Shown in pieces: positions 1-8,228 of a stretch of DNA of 64,000 bases. Position 1 is the stretch's first letter. Every line of letters begins with the position of its first letter. The notes under the pieces are model-generated. The model did no database searches and had not been told where the DNA came from. It saw only the letters and a program-made list of their open reading frames with translations. The stretch lies in IMG/VR virus record IMGVR_UViG_3300037457_000038, positions 1-64,000 of that record. One strand, given 5' to 3'. A program made the position numbers and the translations under genes. This DNA is from a virus.

Positions 1-38
1 CCCACCACGCCCGGCCCCTCAACCCGCCGGAGCCCCCG

Positions 39-215
39 ATGCGACACCTCGACAGCTCCCTCGCCCGCTGGGCGTTCCCCGCCGTCGGGGCCTTCGCCCT
101 CACCCCAGGGCTCCTGCTCCCCGCCCTCCTCTGCGGCATCGTCACCGCAGCCGCCTGGAAGATCCACCGCCCCAAGCCCTGGAAGGTCTACCGCCCGAAG
201 CGCCGCCGCCAGTAG
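39..215 (+). CDS. Small membrane protein (58 aa, MRHLDSSLARWAF...)
   Basis: GGAG at 29-32, ATG at 39, hydrophobic core, basic tail, TAG ending at 215; translated by hand. Confidence 0.6.
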   Translation: MRHLDSSLARWAFPAVGAFALTPGLLLPALLCGIVTAAAWKIHRPKPWKVYRPKRRRQ

Positions 216-234
216 CGCCACGACACCCGCCACC

Positions 235-277
235 CCCGACACGACACCCGACACGACCCCCGACACAACACCCGACA
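235..277 (+). repeat. 12-bp tandem repeat CCCGACAC(G/A)AC(A/C), about 3.5 copies
   Basis: CCCGAC at 235, 247, 259 and 271, intergenic. Confidence 0.85.
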
Positions 278-290
278 GAGGAGCGACAGA

Positions 291-1496
291 GTGAACGCCC
301 TGACCGCCTGGGCCACCACCAACCCCCTCACCGCAGCCGGCACTCTCGCCGCCCTCACAGCACTCCTCGCCTGGACCACCATCCGCGGAATCCGCGGAAT
401 CCGCCACGCCCTCCACGGCACCCCCGCCGCCGTCGTAGCAGCCGCCACCGCAGCCGCCGTCTGCACCGCCTACAGCGCCGACACCAGCTGGCGATTCGCC
501 GCCCACCGCCTCGACATGGACAGCGCCACCGAGCGGGCCGCGATGTTCGCCGCCGCCGAACTCGCTCTGTTCGCCTGCGCACTCATGGCCCGCCAGAACC
601 TCCGCACCACCGGAGCCCCGGGCGTGCCCGGCCTCCTCGTCTGGGTCATCACCGGCGTGCAGATCATCCCCGCCTACGCCGAGTCCGGCATCATCGGCGG
701 CACCGTCCGCGCCTTCGTCGGCCCCATCTTCGCCGCGCTCCTCTGGCACCAGGCCATGGGCATCGAGCTACGCCACACCAAGCCCGGCGCCCTCTCCCGC
801 GGGCTGCCCGCCACCATCGCCCGTGAACTCCGCGAACGCCTCCTGTCCTGGCTCGGCCTCGCCGCACGCGACCGCACTGCCGAGCAGATCACCCGCGACC
901 GGTGGACCGTACGCGCCGTCGAACTCGCAGCCCGGCTCGCCGACAAGAAGCCAGGGGACCGCGGCTACGCCCGTCTCGCCCGCCGCCTGTCGGTGGCTGT
1001 CGGTCACGCACAGGTCGGTGCCGAGCCGGAGCAGCGTCGGATGCTGCTGGAGCTGCTGGCAGCCCGCCGCCACGCTGTCGCCCTCGCCACTGTCGCCCTG
1101 CCGTCCCCCTGGCAGCCCGACACCGTGCCCGCCATGGCAGCCGCCGATGCCGACACCGCTCCTGCCACCGAACCCGCCACGTACACGACGGCCGACACCA
1201 CAGGCGACACGGCACCCAGCCAGGACGACACCAGCCGCCACGACGGACCCGACAGCGACGACAGCAGCAGCGACGCGCCGCCGCCTGTCACCTACGACAG
1301 CCCCGTCGACCGCGCCATCCGACCCCTCTACGAAGACGGATACCGCCCTACCACCGGCCAGATGACGGCCGCCATGGCAGCCGCCGGACTCCAGCCGACG
1401 GGCTCCACCGCCCGCCAGTCCCGAGCCCGCATCGAACGCCGGGAGCCCCATCTGGCCGCCCTGCCCTCCGCCCTCTACAGCTCGACCGGGAGCTGA
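291..1496 (+). CDS. Spd/DUF2637-like multi-pass membrane protein with low-complexity linker and possible C-terminal HTH
   Basis: RBS GAGGAG; several TM segments; architecture like Streptomyces plasmid/AICE spread proteins. Confidence 0.65.
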   Translation: MNALTAWATTNPLTAAGTLAALTALLAWTTIRGIRGIRHALHGTPAAVVAAATAAAVCTAYSADTSWRFAAHRLDMDSATERAAMFAAAELALFACALMARQNLRTTGAPGVPGLLVWVITGVQIIPAYAESGIIGGTVRAFVGPIFAALLWHQAMGIELRHTKPGALSRGLPATIARELRERLLSWLGLAARDRTAEQITRDRWTVRAVELAARLADKKPGDRGYARLARRLSVAVGHAQVGAEPEQRRMLLELLAARRHAVALATVALPSPWQPDTVPAMAAADADTAPATEPATYTTADTTGDTAPSQDDTSRHDGPDSDDSSSDAPPPVTYDSPVDRAIRPLYEDGYRPTTGQMTAAMAAAGLQPTGSTARQSRARIERREPHLAALPSALYSSTGS

Positions 1497-1498
1497 CC

Positions 1499-1882
1499 GT
1501 GCTCACCTACGCCACCCCCGACACCGCCGCCATGGCAGCCGCCAGCACCCTGCCACCGCTGCCACCCGGCTTCGAGTACGCGCCCGCACCCGCTGCGCCG
1601 CCGTACACCGAACCCGTCGTCGAACAGCCGGCCCCGCCGCGTCGCCCGGCCGGACCACCCATGTCCGGGCACATCACCACCGTCACCAGCCACAGCGACA
1701 CCACCATCACCATCCACCGCGCCGACTACACCGCCACCGACCACCTCGGCGAATACACGGTGCACGGCTACGCCTGGCGCTGCACCGGATGCCGCACCCT
1801 CACCAGCGGCTACGAGCCGCGCGAGTTCGCCGAATGCCTCGGCGACGGCCGCAACCACCACTGCGGAGCACGCCATGGCTGA
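1499..1882 (+). CDS. Hypothetical protein with CxxC...H-C motif (start uncertain: 1499, 1532 or 1661)
   Basis: Tightly coupled to both neighbours; WRCTGC...NHHC. Confidence 0.55.
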   Translation: MLTYATPDTAAMAAASTLPPLPPGFEYAPAPAAPPYTEPVVEQPAPPRRPAGPPMSGHITTVTSHSDTTITIHRADYTATDHLGEYTVHGYAWRCTGCRTLTSGYEPREFAECLGDGRNHHCGARHG

Positions 1883-2489
1883 CGACTGGTGGGACCACCT
1901 CTACAACGACGACCAGGAGCCCGCGTCTGTCGCCGGAGGAGGACGCCTCCCCGACTGGCGCAACGGCCCCATCAACCTCGACACCGACACGAAAACCGCC
2001 GACACCGAACCCGCCACACCAGACACGCAAGAAGCCCACGACACCCCCGACCAGCCACAACAAGACGGCGAACCCGCCGCCGAGACCGAACCCCGCCGCA
2101 CCCCGAAGACACCAACCCCCCGCATCGAAGACTTCCGCATCTCCCAACTGCGCCGCATCCTCCAACGCGCAGTCCTCCTCAACACCCCCGCAGCCGCAGC
2201 CGGCGCCTGGACCTACGGAGCCTTCACCGCCGACTGGAGCACCGGCATCCCCCAGACCGTCCTCGGCTGGATGCACGACGCGGCCACCACCAGCACCTCA
2301 CCCCTCACCCCGCTGATCATCGGTGGTCTCGTCACCGCAGGCGCCGCGGTCATCGGCGGCGGCATCTACGGCCGCCTAGCCGCCTTCACCGCCCACACGC
2401 CGGCCCTGTCCACCGCCCTGCACTGGCTCATCGTCCGCATCCCCGTCGCCTCATCAACCACCGCCCTCCTCCTCTACACCACCACCTGA
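1875..2489 (+). CDS. Membrane protein (Spd-like operon)
   Basis: Acidic N-terminus, C-terminal TM helices, overlaps previous gene. Confidence 0.7.
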   Translation: MADDWWDHLYNDDQEPASVAGGGRLPDWRNGPINLDTDTKTADTEPATPDTQEAHDTPDQPQQDGEPAAETEPRRTPKTPTPRIEDFRISQLRRILQRAVLLNTPAAAAGAWTYGAFTADWSTGIPQTVLGWMHDAATTSTSPLTPLIIGGLVTAGAAVIGGGIYGRLAAFTAHTPALSTALHWLIVRIPVASSTTALLLYTTT

Positions 2490-2502
2490 CAAGGAGAAAC
2501 CC

Positions 2503-2943
2503 GTGCCCACCCACCTCGCTGCCGGCGACCTCACCACCGCCGTGGGCGGCGTGTCCGCCACCGGCATCGCTCTCGTGCTCGTGGTGGTGCTCGTCTACGG
2601 CGTCATCGGCAAAGGCAAACGCAAACTCGCCTCCGGCCCGGCCCAGATGATCGGTATCTTCGCTGAGCTGGCGTTCCTCCGCTCACAGGGCCTGTGGCAG
2701 GACATCGGCGCCGCCGTCCAGACCATCCCCGCAGGCCTGGCCGACAACGCCCAGCTCGGCTCGCCGGGGATGGCTGTGGTGTGTCTGCTGCTGATCGTGT
2801 TCGCACTGTTCGCGCGGATCGTGCCCGCCACCGGCGCTGTCCTCGGGCTGCTCATGGGCGCCGCGTTCGACGCCGCGGACGGCAGCATCTGGCAGGCGAT
2901 CGTGGCGCTGTTCTCCATCCCGTTCGGTCTGCTGGGGGCCTGA
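2503..2943 (+). CDS. Multi-pass membrane protein (Spd-like operon)
   Basis: RBS AAGGAG; about four TM segments. Confidence 0.75.
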   Translation: MPTHLAAGDLTTAVGGVSATGIALVLVVVLVYGVIGKGKRKLASGPAQMIGIFAELAFLRSQGLWQDIGAAVQTIPAGLADNAQLGSPGMAVVCLLLIVFALFARIVPATGAVLGLLMGAAFDAADGSIWQAIVALFSIPFGLLGA

Positions 2944-2944
2944 C

Positions 2945-3691
2945 ATGGGGCTGTGGCGCGAGGTGAATGTGCTGCGCGGTTCGCACCGGCTGATGCCGGT
3001 TCTGGGCCGGTCGACCGGCGTCATGTGCAAGGCGGTAGCGGACTGGACGCGGGCGAAGAATGGCCAGTTCATCGGCCGGTTGCTGCTGGTGCTGGTGCCC
3101 GGGTACGTGGTGGTGCGCCTTTCGGCGTCCCGGCCGTGGACGTGGCTGGTGTGGGCAGCGGTGTGGTTCGTGGGCTGCTGCCTCATTGCTGCCTGCCGTG
3201 GCGATTTCGTCGAGGGGCCCGGCGAGGTGGAGGAGCCGGACCCCACCCCCGAAGATGATCAAGAAATGGTGGGGGAGCAGCACACCGACACCACCACCCA
3301 GCCAGACGCCGAGAGCAAAGCGAAGTGGCTCCGCCAGCACGTCGAGTACGAGACCGCCGCAGCCATACAACGCCCCAAAGACTCCCCCGTCCACGGCAAA
3401 GGTGTCCGCGTCGAAGACCTCCTCGCAGGCATCCAGGCCGATGGCAGCCTCCCCGGCTGGGACGTCAAACAGTTCGGGGCGCTCCTGACGGGCATCGGTA
3501 TTCCCGTACGGGAGCAGATGTACTTCAAGGTCGACGGCCGTAAAAGCAACTGCCCCGGCGTGCACGCAGAAGACCTCACCACGGCCCTCGGACGGGCCCC
3601 CAGGCTGCCCCCTCACCTGGTGCCCGACCTCACCCCCGCCAGCACCACCCTCACGGCCGTCAAGGACCACCCGGACAGGGAGGTGGCCTGA
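2945..3691 (+). CDS. Two-TM protein with C-terminal domain resembling the TraB winged-helix; no ATPase domain
   Basis: TM pair, acidic linker, then VEDLL...GWDVKQFGALL...GIPVR...N.PGV..EDL; no Walker A. Confidence 0.6.
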   Translation: MGLWREVNVLRGSHRLMPVLGRSTGVMCKAVADWTRAKNGQFIGRLLLVLVPGYVVVRLSASRPWTWLVWAAVWFVGCCLIAACRGDFVEGPGEVEEPDPTPEDDQEMVGEQHTDTTTQPDAESKAKWLRQHVEYETAAAIQRPKDSPVHGKGVRVEDLLAGIQADGSLPGWDVKQFGALLTGIGIPVREQMYFKVDGRKSNCPGVHAEDLTTALGRAPRLPPHLVPDLTPASTTLTAVKDHPDREVA

Positions 3692-3860
3692 GTGCCCGAG
3701 CATCCGCCGCTCTCCCCTCCCGCCGGGGGCGCCCGAATCCGCTACCTAACTACCACCACTTACCAGACCTACCAGCACAAAACGCACGCCACTTCCCTCC
3801 CCACACCCGGGCCCGCTACCGTCAACACCAAACGACGAACACCGCGGGAAGGAGGCGAAC

Positions 3861-4094
3861 ATGGCCTGGCGCTACCAGTGCAACGACTGCGACACCCACA
3901 CCACCTGGATGGGCCGCGCCGACGCCGAAAGCTCCCGCTACCGGCACCACGACACACACCACGCCGGCCGCGCCCCGGCCCGCGAACGGTTCGTCTCCAA
4001 CGCCGAACGCGTCAGCCTCTCGCGTACCGCCTTGTTCCTCGGCGCACTGCTGGCGCTGAGCGCCTTCTCCTGGATCTCCGACAAGCTCGGCTGA
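3861..4094 (+). CDS. Small Zn-finger-like protein with C-terminal TM
   Basis: RBS AAGGAGG; CNDC...HHDTHH; hydrophobic tail. Confidence 0.7.
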   Translation: MAWRYQCNDCDTHTTWMGRADAESSRYRHHDTHHAGRAPARERFVSNAERVSLSRTALFLGALLALSAFSWISDKLG

Positions 4095-4461
4095 CCCTAC
4101 GCCACACCTTCACGGGCCTACGGCTGATGCCGTGTTCCCGCGCTCCGCCGCGCCCTTCTGCGCCCTCGTCCACCGAACTCCGGAGCGGGCTGCTCCATCC
4201 GCCAAGACGCCGCAGACCGCCCCGGACCCCCATCCCAACCGAGACAGGAGCCCACATCGTGGCACTCGAACCGATCAGCCTGGACGAACTCCGCCGCCGC
4301 AACACCGAGTCGCAGCGACAGGCAGAGGAAACCCGCCGCACACAGGAGCAGCAGAAGCCGAAACAGTAGCCACCCGTTCGAGTGAATAGCACAAAACGAC
4401 TACAACCATCCCGGCACCCAACGAGTCTCACCCCAACACCAATCCAGCCTCAGGGGGCGAC

Positions 4462-4797
4462 ATGACACACCCGCAACAGCCCAGCCAGTACCTCACCACC
4501 CCTCCCGGCAGACCGCTCATGTACGGCAGCACCATCGCCAAAGTGGTCTGGACACTCGTGCCAGTGATCAGCCTCAGCGTCCTGTCTCCAGTCCCGTTCG
4601 TGGTGGCAGCGGTTAAGGGCGTCATCGCCTGGTGGCTGGCCGGGGTGTACATCGCCGCTACCGTGACGGTGCTCACTGTGGTGACGATCCTGCCCGAGGG
4701 GAACCCCTTTGCTGGGCTGCTGCTGATTTTGCTGTTGGCGACGGCTGCGACGCATGCCGCGCTGTTGGACAACCCGAAGATCAGCTTGGGAAAGTAG
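4462..4797 (+). CDS. Membrane protein
   Basis: Three to four hydrophobic segments; RBS-like AGGGGG. Confidence 0.65.
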   Translation: MTHPQQPSQYLTTPPGRPLMYGSTIAKVVWTLVPVISLSVLSPVPFVVAAVKGVIAWWLAGVYIAATVTVLTVVTILPEGNPFAGLLLILLLATAATHAALLDNPKISLGK

Positions 4798-4824
4798 CAA
4801 CTCGCGCCGGGTCCCGCCCGGTAT

Positions 4825-4862
4825 CGAGTCCCCGCCGCAACCCCACGCCCGGCGGGGACTCG
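4825..4862. terminator. 13-bp inverted repeat between convergent genes
   Basis: CGAGTCCCCGCCG ... CGGCGGGGACTCG. Confidence 0.65.
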
Positions 4863-4864
4863 CC

Positions 4865-5083
4865 CTACCCTGCGCGACGCTCGTAGGACCGGCGCTCCCA
4901 AGCCATATATCCGGCAGCCACTCCAATCCCCACGAGGAACCAGACAACGCCGCCGTAATTACCCAGCACCGCAGCCACCATCGCAGCAGGAATCGATCCG
5001 AGTACCGCGAGCTGCAACAGGCCACCGAACCCGATGCGCCAGCCATTCCGCTCCAGCTCAGCCACTCTGCGGCGCTCGTCCAT
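4865..5083 (-). CDS. Small two-TM protein (start uncertain)
   Basis: MDERRR...two hydrophobic helices; ends next to the hairpin. Confidence 0.5.
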   Translation of the reverse strand: MDERRRVAELERNGWRIGFGGLLQLAVLGSIPAAMVAAVLGNYGGVVWFLVGIGVAAGYMAWERRSYERRAG

Positions 5084-5346
5084 CTGAACGGCCGTACAAG
5101 GCCCGCACAGTGGCAACAGAAGCTGCTCGCCGCTGAAGCTCGTCGCAACGACAACCTGCCCCACGCACTCTGCTTGCGAATCGCAGCGGTCAACCATCTG
5201 ACGGGGATGAGCGATGCGGCACGGGCAGCGGCAGGTCAGGTGCGTGGGTGCGATCATGAGGGCTCCGGGGCGCCAGCGTTTATGCCGACGTGCGGAGTGG
5301 CCGTCGAAACCCTCCGGGACGGCGTAGCCGTTCAGGTCACGCTCGC

Positions 5347-5808
5347 TCACCGCTCCGTCTCCGTTCCTGACGCCCACTCGTGCCGGTAATCCGAATGCTC
5401 GGCATACGGCAGAGCGAGAGCGCCCACAACTGGGGCCAGAATGCGGGCGGCTTCGATCAGCTCGCTCTCACGCCGGTGCAGCCGAGCGAACTCGTCATGG
5501 TCCTTGTGGATGACCTCTCGCATCTGCGCCCGAATGGCCTGGCACTCTTCCAGCGCCACGGCGTAGGGGGCAATGGCCCGCCGCTTGGCCTCAACCTCGG
5601 TGAGGACACGGTCGGGGTCGTGCAGCGCGATGTGCTCGGCAAGGACCGGAACCTGTCGCCGGGCCACAGTAAGTCCGCTGGCAGCCCGGACGTCAGTACC
5701 GTCGTATGTCCACGTATCACCGCCGGATTGACGAGCGGTCGCCTTCCGTGCGGTCTCTTCATCATCGGCAAGCCGGTCCCGGATGAAGGCCACCAGCTCG
5801 GCGCTCAC
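5347..5808 (-). CDS. DUF6221-like protein
   Basis: LVAFIRDRL..DE, HIALHDPDRVLTEVEAKR, LALPYAEHSDY..W motifs; GTG overlaps the upstream stop. Confidence 0.75.
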   Translation of the reverse strand: MSAELVAFIRDRLADDEETARKATARQSGGDTWTYDGTDVRAASGLTVARRQVPVLAEHIALHDPDRVLTEVEAKRRAIAPYAVALEECQAIRAQMREVIHKDHDEFARLHRRESELIEAARILAPVVGALALPYAEHSDYRHEWASGTETER

Positions 5809-6014
5809 CGGCCGCTCCCCTCGCCGGGCTGCCAGTCGCTCACGTCCGGACGCTTCGGTTGCGTCACTCCCGGGCGGCGTAGGTACCAGGCGATGAAGTC
5901 GCGAATGACCTCGGCACGTTCGGTGCCCATGGCTTTGGTGGCGCGCTCGAAGTCGTACCAGTCGTCTCCGATGCGGATCTGTCTGGGCGGGGTGTGAGTG
6001 GGCTTGATGGTCAT
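5805..6014 (-). CDS. Ribbon-helix-helix-like small regulator
   Basis: TPPRQIRI strand followed by two helices ending IRDFIAWY. Confidence 0.7.
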   Translation of the reverse strand: MTIKPTHTPPRQIRIGDDWYDFERATKAMGTERAEVIRDFIAWYLRRPGVTQPKRPDVSDWQPGEGSGR

Positions 6015-6033
6015 GGGGCGAGGATATCGGGCC

Positions 6034-6136
6034 GTAGCTACACGGGCAATGCGCGAACTCTCGTGATGTAGCTACAGAAATCTTGGACAACCCTCTTGCG
6101 TGTAGCTACACACTCCGGTTAGTGTGTAGCTACACA
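6034..6136. promoter_or_regulatory. Four palindromic (T)GTAGCTACA operators in a divergent promoter region
   Basis: Copies at 6034, 6067, 6101 and 6125. Confidence 0.8.
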
Positions 6137-6154
6137 GCGAACGAGGGAGACACC

Positions 6155-6502
6155 ATGAACGCCGCAGCCACCACCAAGAACCACACCACCCGGTGCCTGC
6201 GCTGCCACCGTCCCCTCCGGTCCGCCAAGTCGATCGCCCGGGGATACGGCAAGGGATGCGCGGCCAAGATCCGCCACTCCGCCGCCGACCTCGCCGACTT
6301 CAAGGCCCACCAGATCAACTCCGCCCGCGAACTCATCGAGGACGGCGCGATCATCCCCCTCCGCAACCAGGTGTTCATCGCCGTCTCCTCCGACGGCACC
6401 GAGACCTACTACTCCCACCCCACCAACTGCAACTGCCCCGGCGGACTCAAGGGCAGCACCTGCTACCACCAGCTCGCCGCCCGGCTCCTGCTGGCCGCCT
6501 GA
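6155..6502 (+). CDS. DUF6011-like zinc finger plus SWIM-like zinc finger protein
   Basis: CLRCHRPL...S..RGYG..C and CNCP...CYH motifs; RBS GAGGGAG. Confidence 0.75.
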   Translation: MNAAATTKNHTTRCLRCHRPLRSAKSIARGYGKGCAAKIRHSAADLADFKAHQINSARELIEDGAIIPLRNQVFIAVSSDGTETYYSHPTNCNCPGGLKGSTCYHQLAARLLLAA

Positions 6503-6539
6503 CCACCTGCCCGCACGCCACCGCAAGGAGCCACCCCGC

Positions 6540-6890
6540 ATGACCACCGCCCCCACCGCCCTCCTCCTCACCGGCGACGGCGCCATCGCCGAAATCAACC
6601 TCCCCACCACCAACCAGCTCACCGTCATGCAGGCAGTCCTGCGCTGCGACCGCGTCGACGTCGTCGCTCTTACCACCCGCATGGACATGTGGATCGACGA
6701 CGAAGGCATCTACAACCACGAGATCAACGTCCCGGCAACGCTCCTCGCCCGCCGCTACGGCTTCTGCTACCAGGCGTACCACGGCCCCGTACTCCTGACC
6801 GGCGGCGCCGACGCGGAAGGAGACACCCTCCCCCTCACCCCGGAACGGCTGAGAGCCCTACTCACCGCACTCCAGGACACCACCGAGTAA
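6540..6890 (+). CDS. DUF3846-like protein
   Basis: MWIDDEG...N..AT...GPVLLTG motif; RBS AAGGAG. Confidence 0.75.
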   Translation: MTTAPTALLLTGDGAIAEINLPTTNQLTVMQAVLRCDRVDVVALTTRMDMWIDDEGIYNHEINVPATLLARRYGFCYQAYHGPVLLTGGADAEGDTLPLTPERLRALLTALQDTTE

Positions 6891-6980
6891 CCCCGAAACC
6901 GGCATCGGGGCGGCCCCTACCGCCAAGCAGATGCCGCCCCGGGCCTACCTATCCCGACTCACGGAACTGGAGCACCCATC

Positions 6981-7175
6981 ATGACCCTCACCCTCACCAC
7001 CCTGGCCGCCGACCCCATCGACCTCGTCACCTGCGGCTCGTGCACCACCGCCGCGATCGAAGACGAGACCACCGAACTCGGCTGGGTCCACGACGCCGAC
7101 AACGATGAGTGGGCCTGTGAGACCTGCACCCACGCACCCGCCACCCCGCGCCTGCACGGAATGCGCACCACCTGA
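6981..7175 (+). CDS. Small Cys-rich hypothetical protein
   Basis: RBS GGAG; CGSC...CETC. Confidence 0.6.
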   Translation: MTLTLTTLAADPIDLVTCGSCTTAAIEDETTELGWVHDADNDEWACETCTHAPATPRLHGMRTT

Positions 7176-7328
7176 CCACAGCCACCGCCTCGGGCCTGCT
7201 CCGCACCACCGGAGCAGGCCCGCTTCCGTACTCGACCAGCACAACATCGGCCAGTGGATGCGAGTTGACGGCGACTCATGGAAAACTGGAATCAACCATT
7301 CCACTCCGGCCCCACACAGGAGACCCCC

Positions 7329-7640
7329 ATGATCAAGGTTTGCACCACCCTCGAATCCGGCGCAGAAATCTGCACCACCATCGACCTCGCCCACGACGCA
7401 GCATCCCGCGCCTACACCACCACCGTGGGCAACAGCGCCGACACCGGATTCACCCTCAACCACCGGCTCGACAGCCTCGAACTCGTCCCCGTCGTCCGCG
7501 ACGTAGCCAGCGGCGAACTCACCAGCACCGCACCCGTCGTCACCGCGGTCGACGCCAACACCGCCACCATCGACTTCGAGACCGCGCCCACGACCGGCCA
7601 GTTCCAGGTGACGCTCCTCGCCGTGGTCCCGTCCGTCTGA
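7329..7640 (+). CDS. Beta-rich protein resembling a virion/tail-fibre accessory domain
   Basis: RBS AGGAG; Thr/Val-rich, NH.L...V...D.NT.TIDF..APTT. Confidence 0.55.
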   Translation: MIKVCTTLESGAEICTTIDLAHDAASRAYTTTVGNSADTGFTLNHRLDSLELVPVVRDVASGELTSTAPVVTAVDANTATIDFETAPTTGQFQVTLLAVVPSV

Positions 7641-7655
7641 CCGGCACCACACCAC

Positions 7656-7692
7656 GGGCCCGCCCCAGCCACCACGGGGCGGGCCCGCCTTT
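7656..7692 (+). terminator. GC hairpin upstream of terminase
   Basis: GGGCCCGCCCC...GGGGCGGGCCC followed by a short T run. Confidence 0.55.
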
Positions 7693-7739
7693 CGTGCACC
7701 CCGATACCATGACAACGTTGACACACCACGCGCGGGGAG

Positions 7740-8228
7740 GTGCCCATGAGCAAGAACGACCAGCCCCGCGACGGCAAAGGCAACTTCCTCCGCACCACCG
7801 CCACCGCCGAACGCGAAGCCCGCGCCGCCGAACTCCGCGCCAAAGGCATGCACTACCGCGACATCGCCCGCGAACTCGGCATCGACGTCCACCAAGCCCA
7901 CGACGACGTACGCAACGCCCTCCGCGCCATCGTCCAAGAACCCGCCGAAGAACTCCGCACGCTGGAGCTTGAGCGCCTCGACCGCATGTACCAAGCCGCC
8001 GCGGACGTGCTGGAACGGCAACACGTCGCCGTCTCCCACGGCAAAATCGTGTACCAGGGCGAAGAACCCCTCATCGACGACGGGCCGGTGCTCCAAGCCA
8101 TCGACCGCCTGCTGAAGATCCAGGCCCGGCGAGCCGCCCTCCTCGGCCTCGACGCGGCCACCAAAACCGAAGTCTCCGGAGGCGTCCGCTACGAGATCGT
8201 GGGCATCGACGCCGCAGACCTCACATGA
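7740..8228 (+). CDS. Terminase small subunit (HTH)
   Basis: HTH GMHYRDIARELGI; RRAALLGLDA; overlaps the large subunit start. Confidence 0.8.
   Translation: MPMSKNDQPRDGKGNFLRTTATAEREARAAELRAKGMHYRDIARELGIDVHQAHDDVRNALRAIVQEPAEELRTLELERLDRMYQAAADVLERQHVAVSHGKIVYQGEEPLIDDGPVLQAIDRLLKIQARRAALLGLDAATKTEVSGGVRYEIVGIDAADLT

Noticed and set aside
1-4400. Independent integrated AICE/plasmid
   Set aside because: No Rep, TraB ATPase, second integrase or att boundary visible; contiguous with phage-type genes, although the left context is outside the window
7640-7740. cos/pac site
   Set aside because: No recognisable signature; termini cannot be inferred without read data
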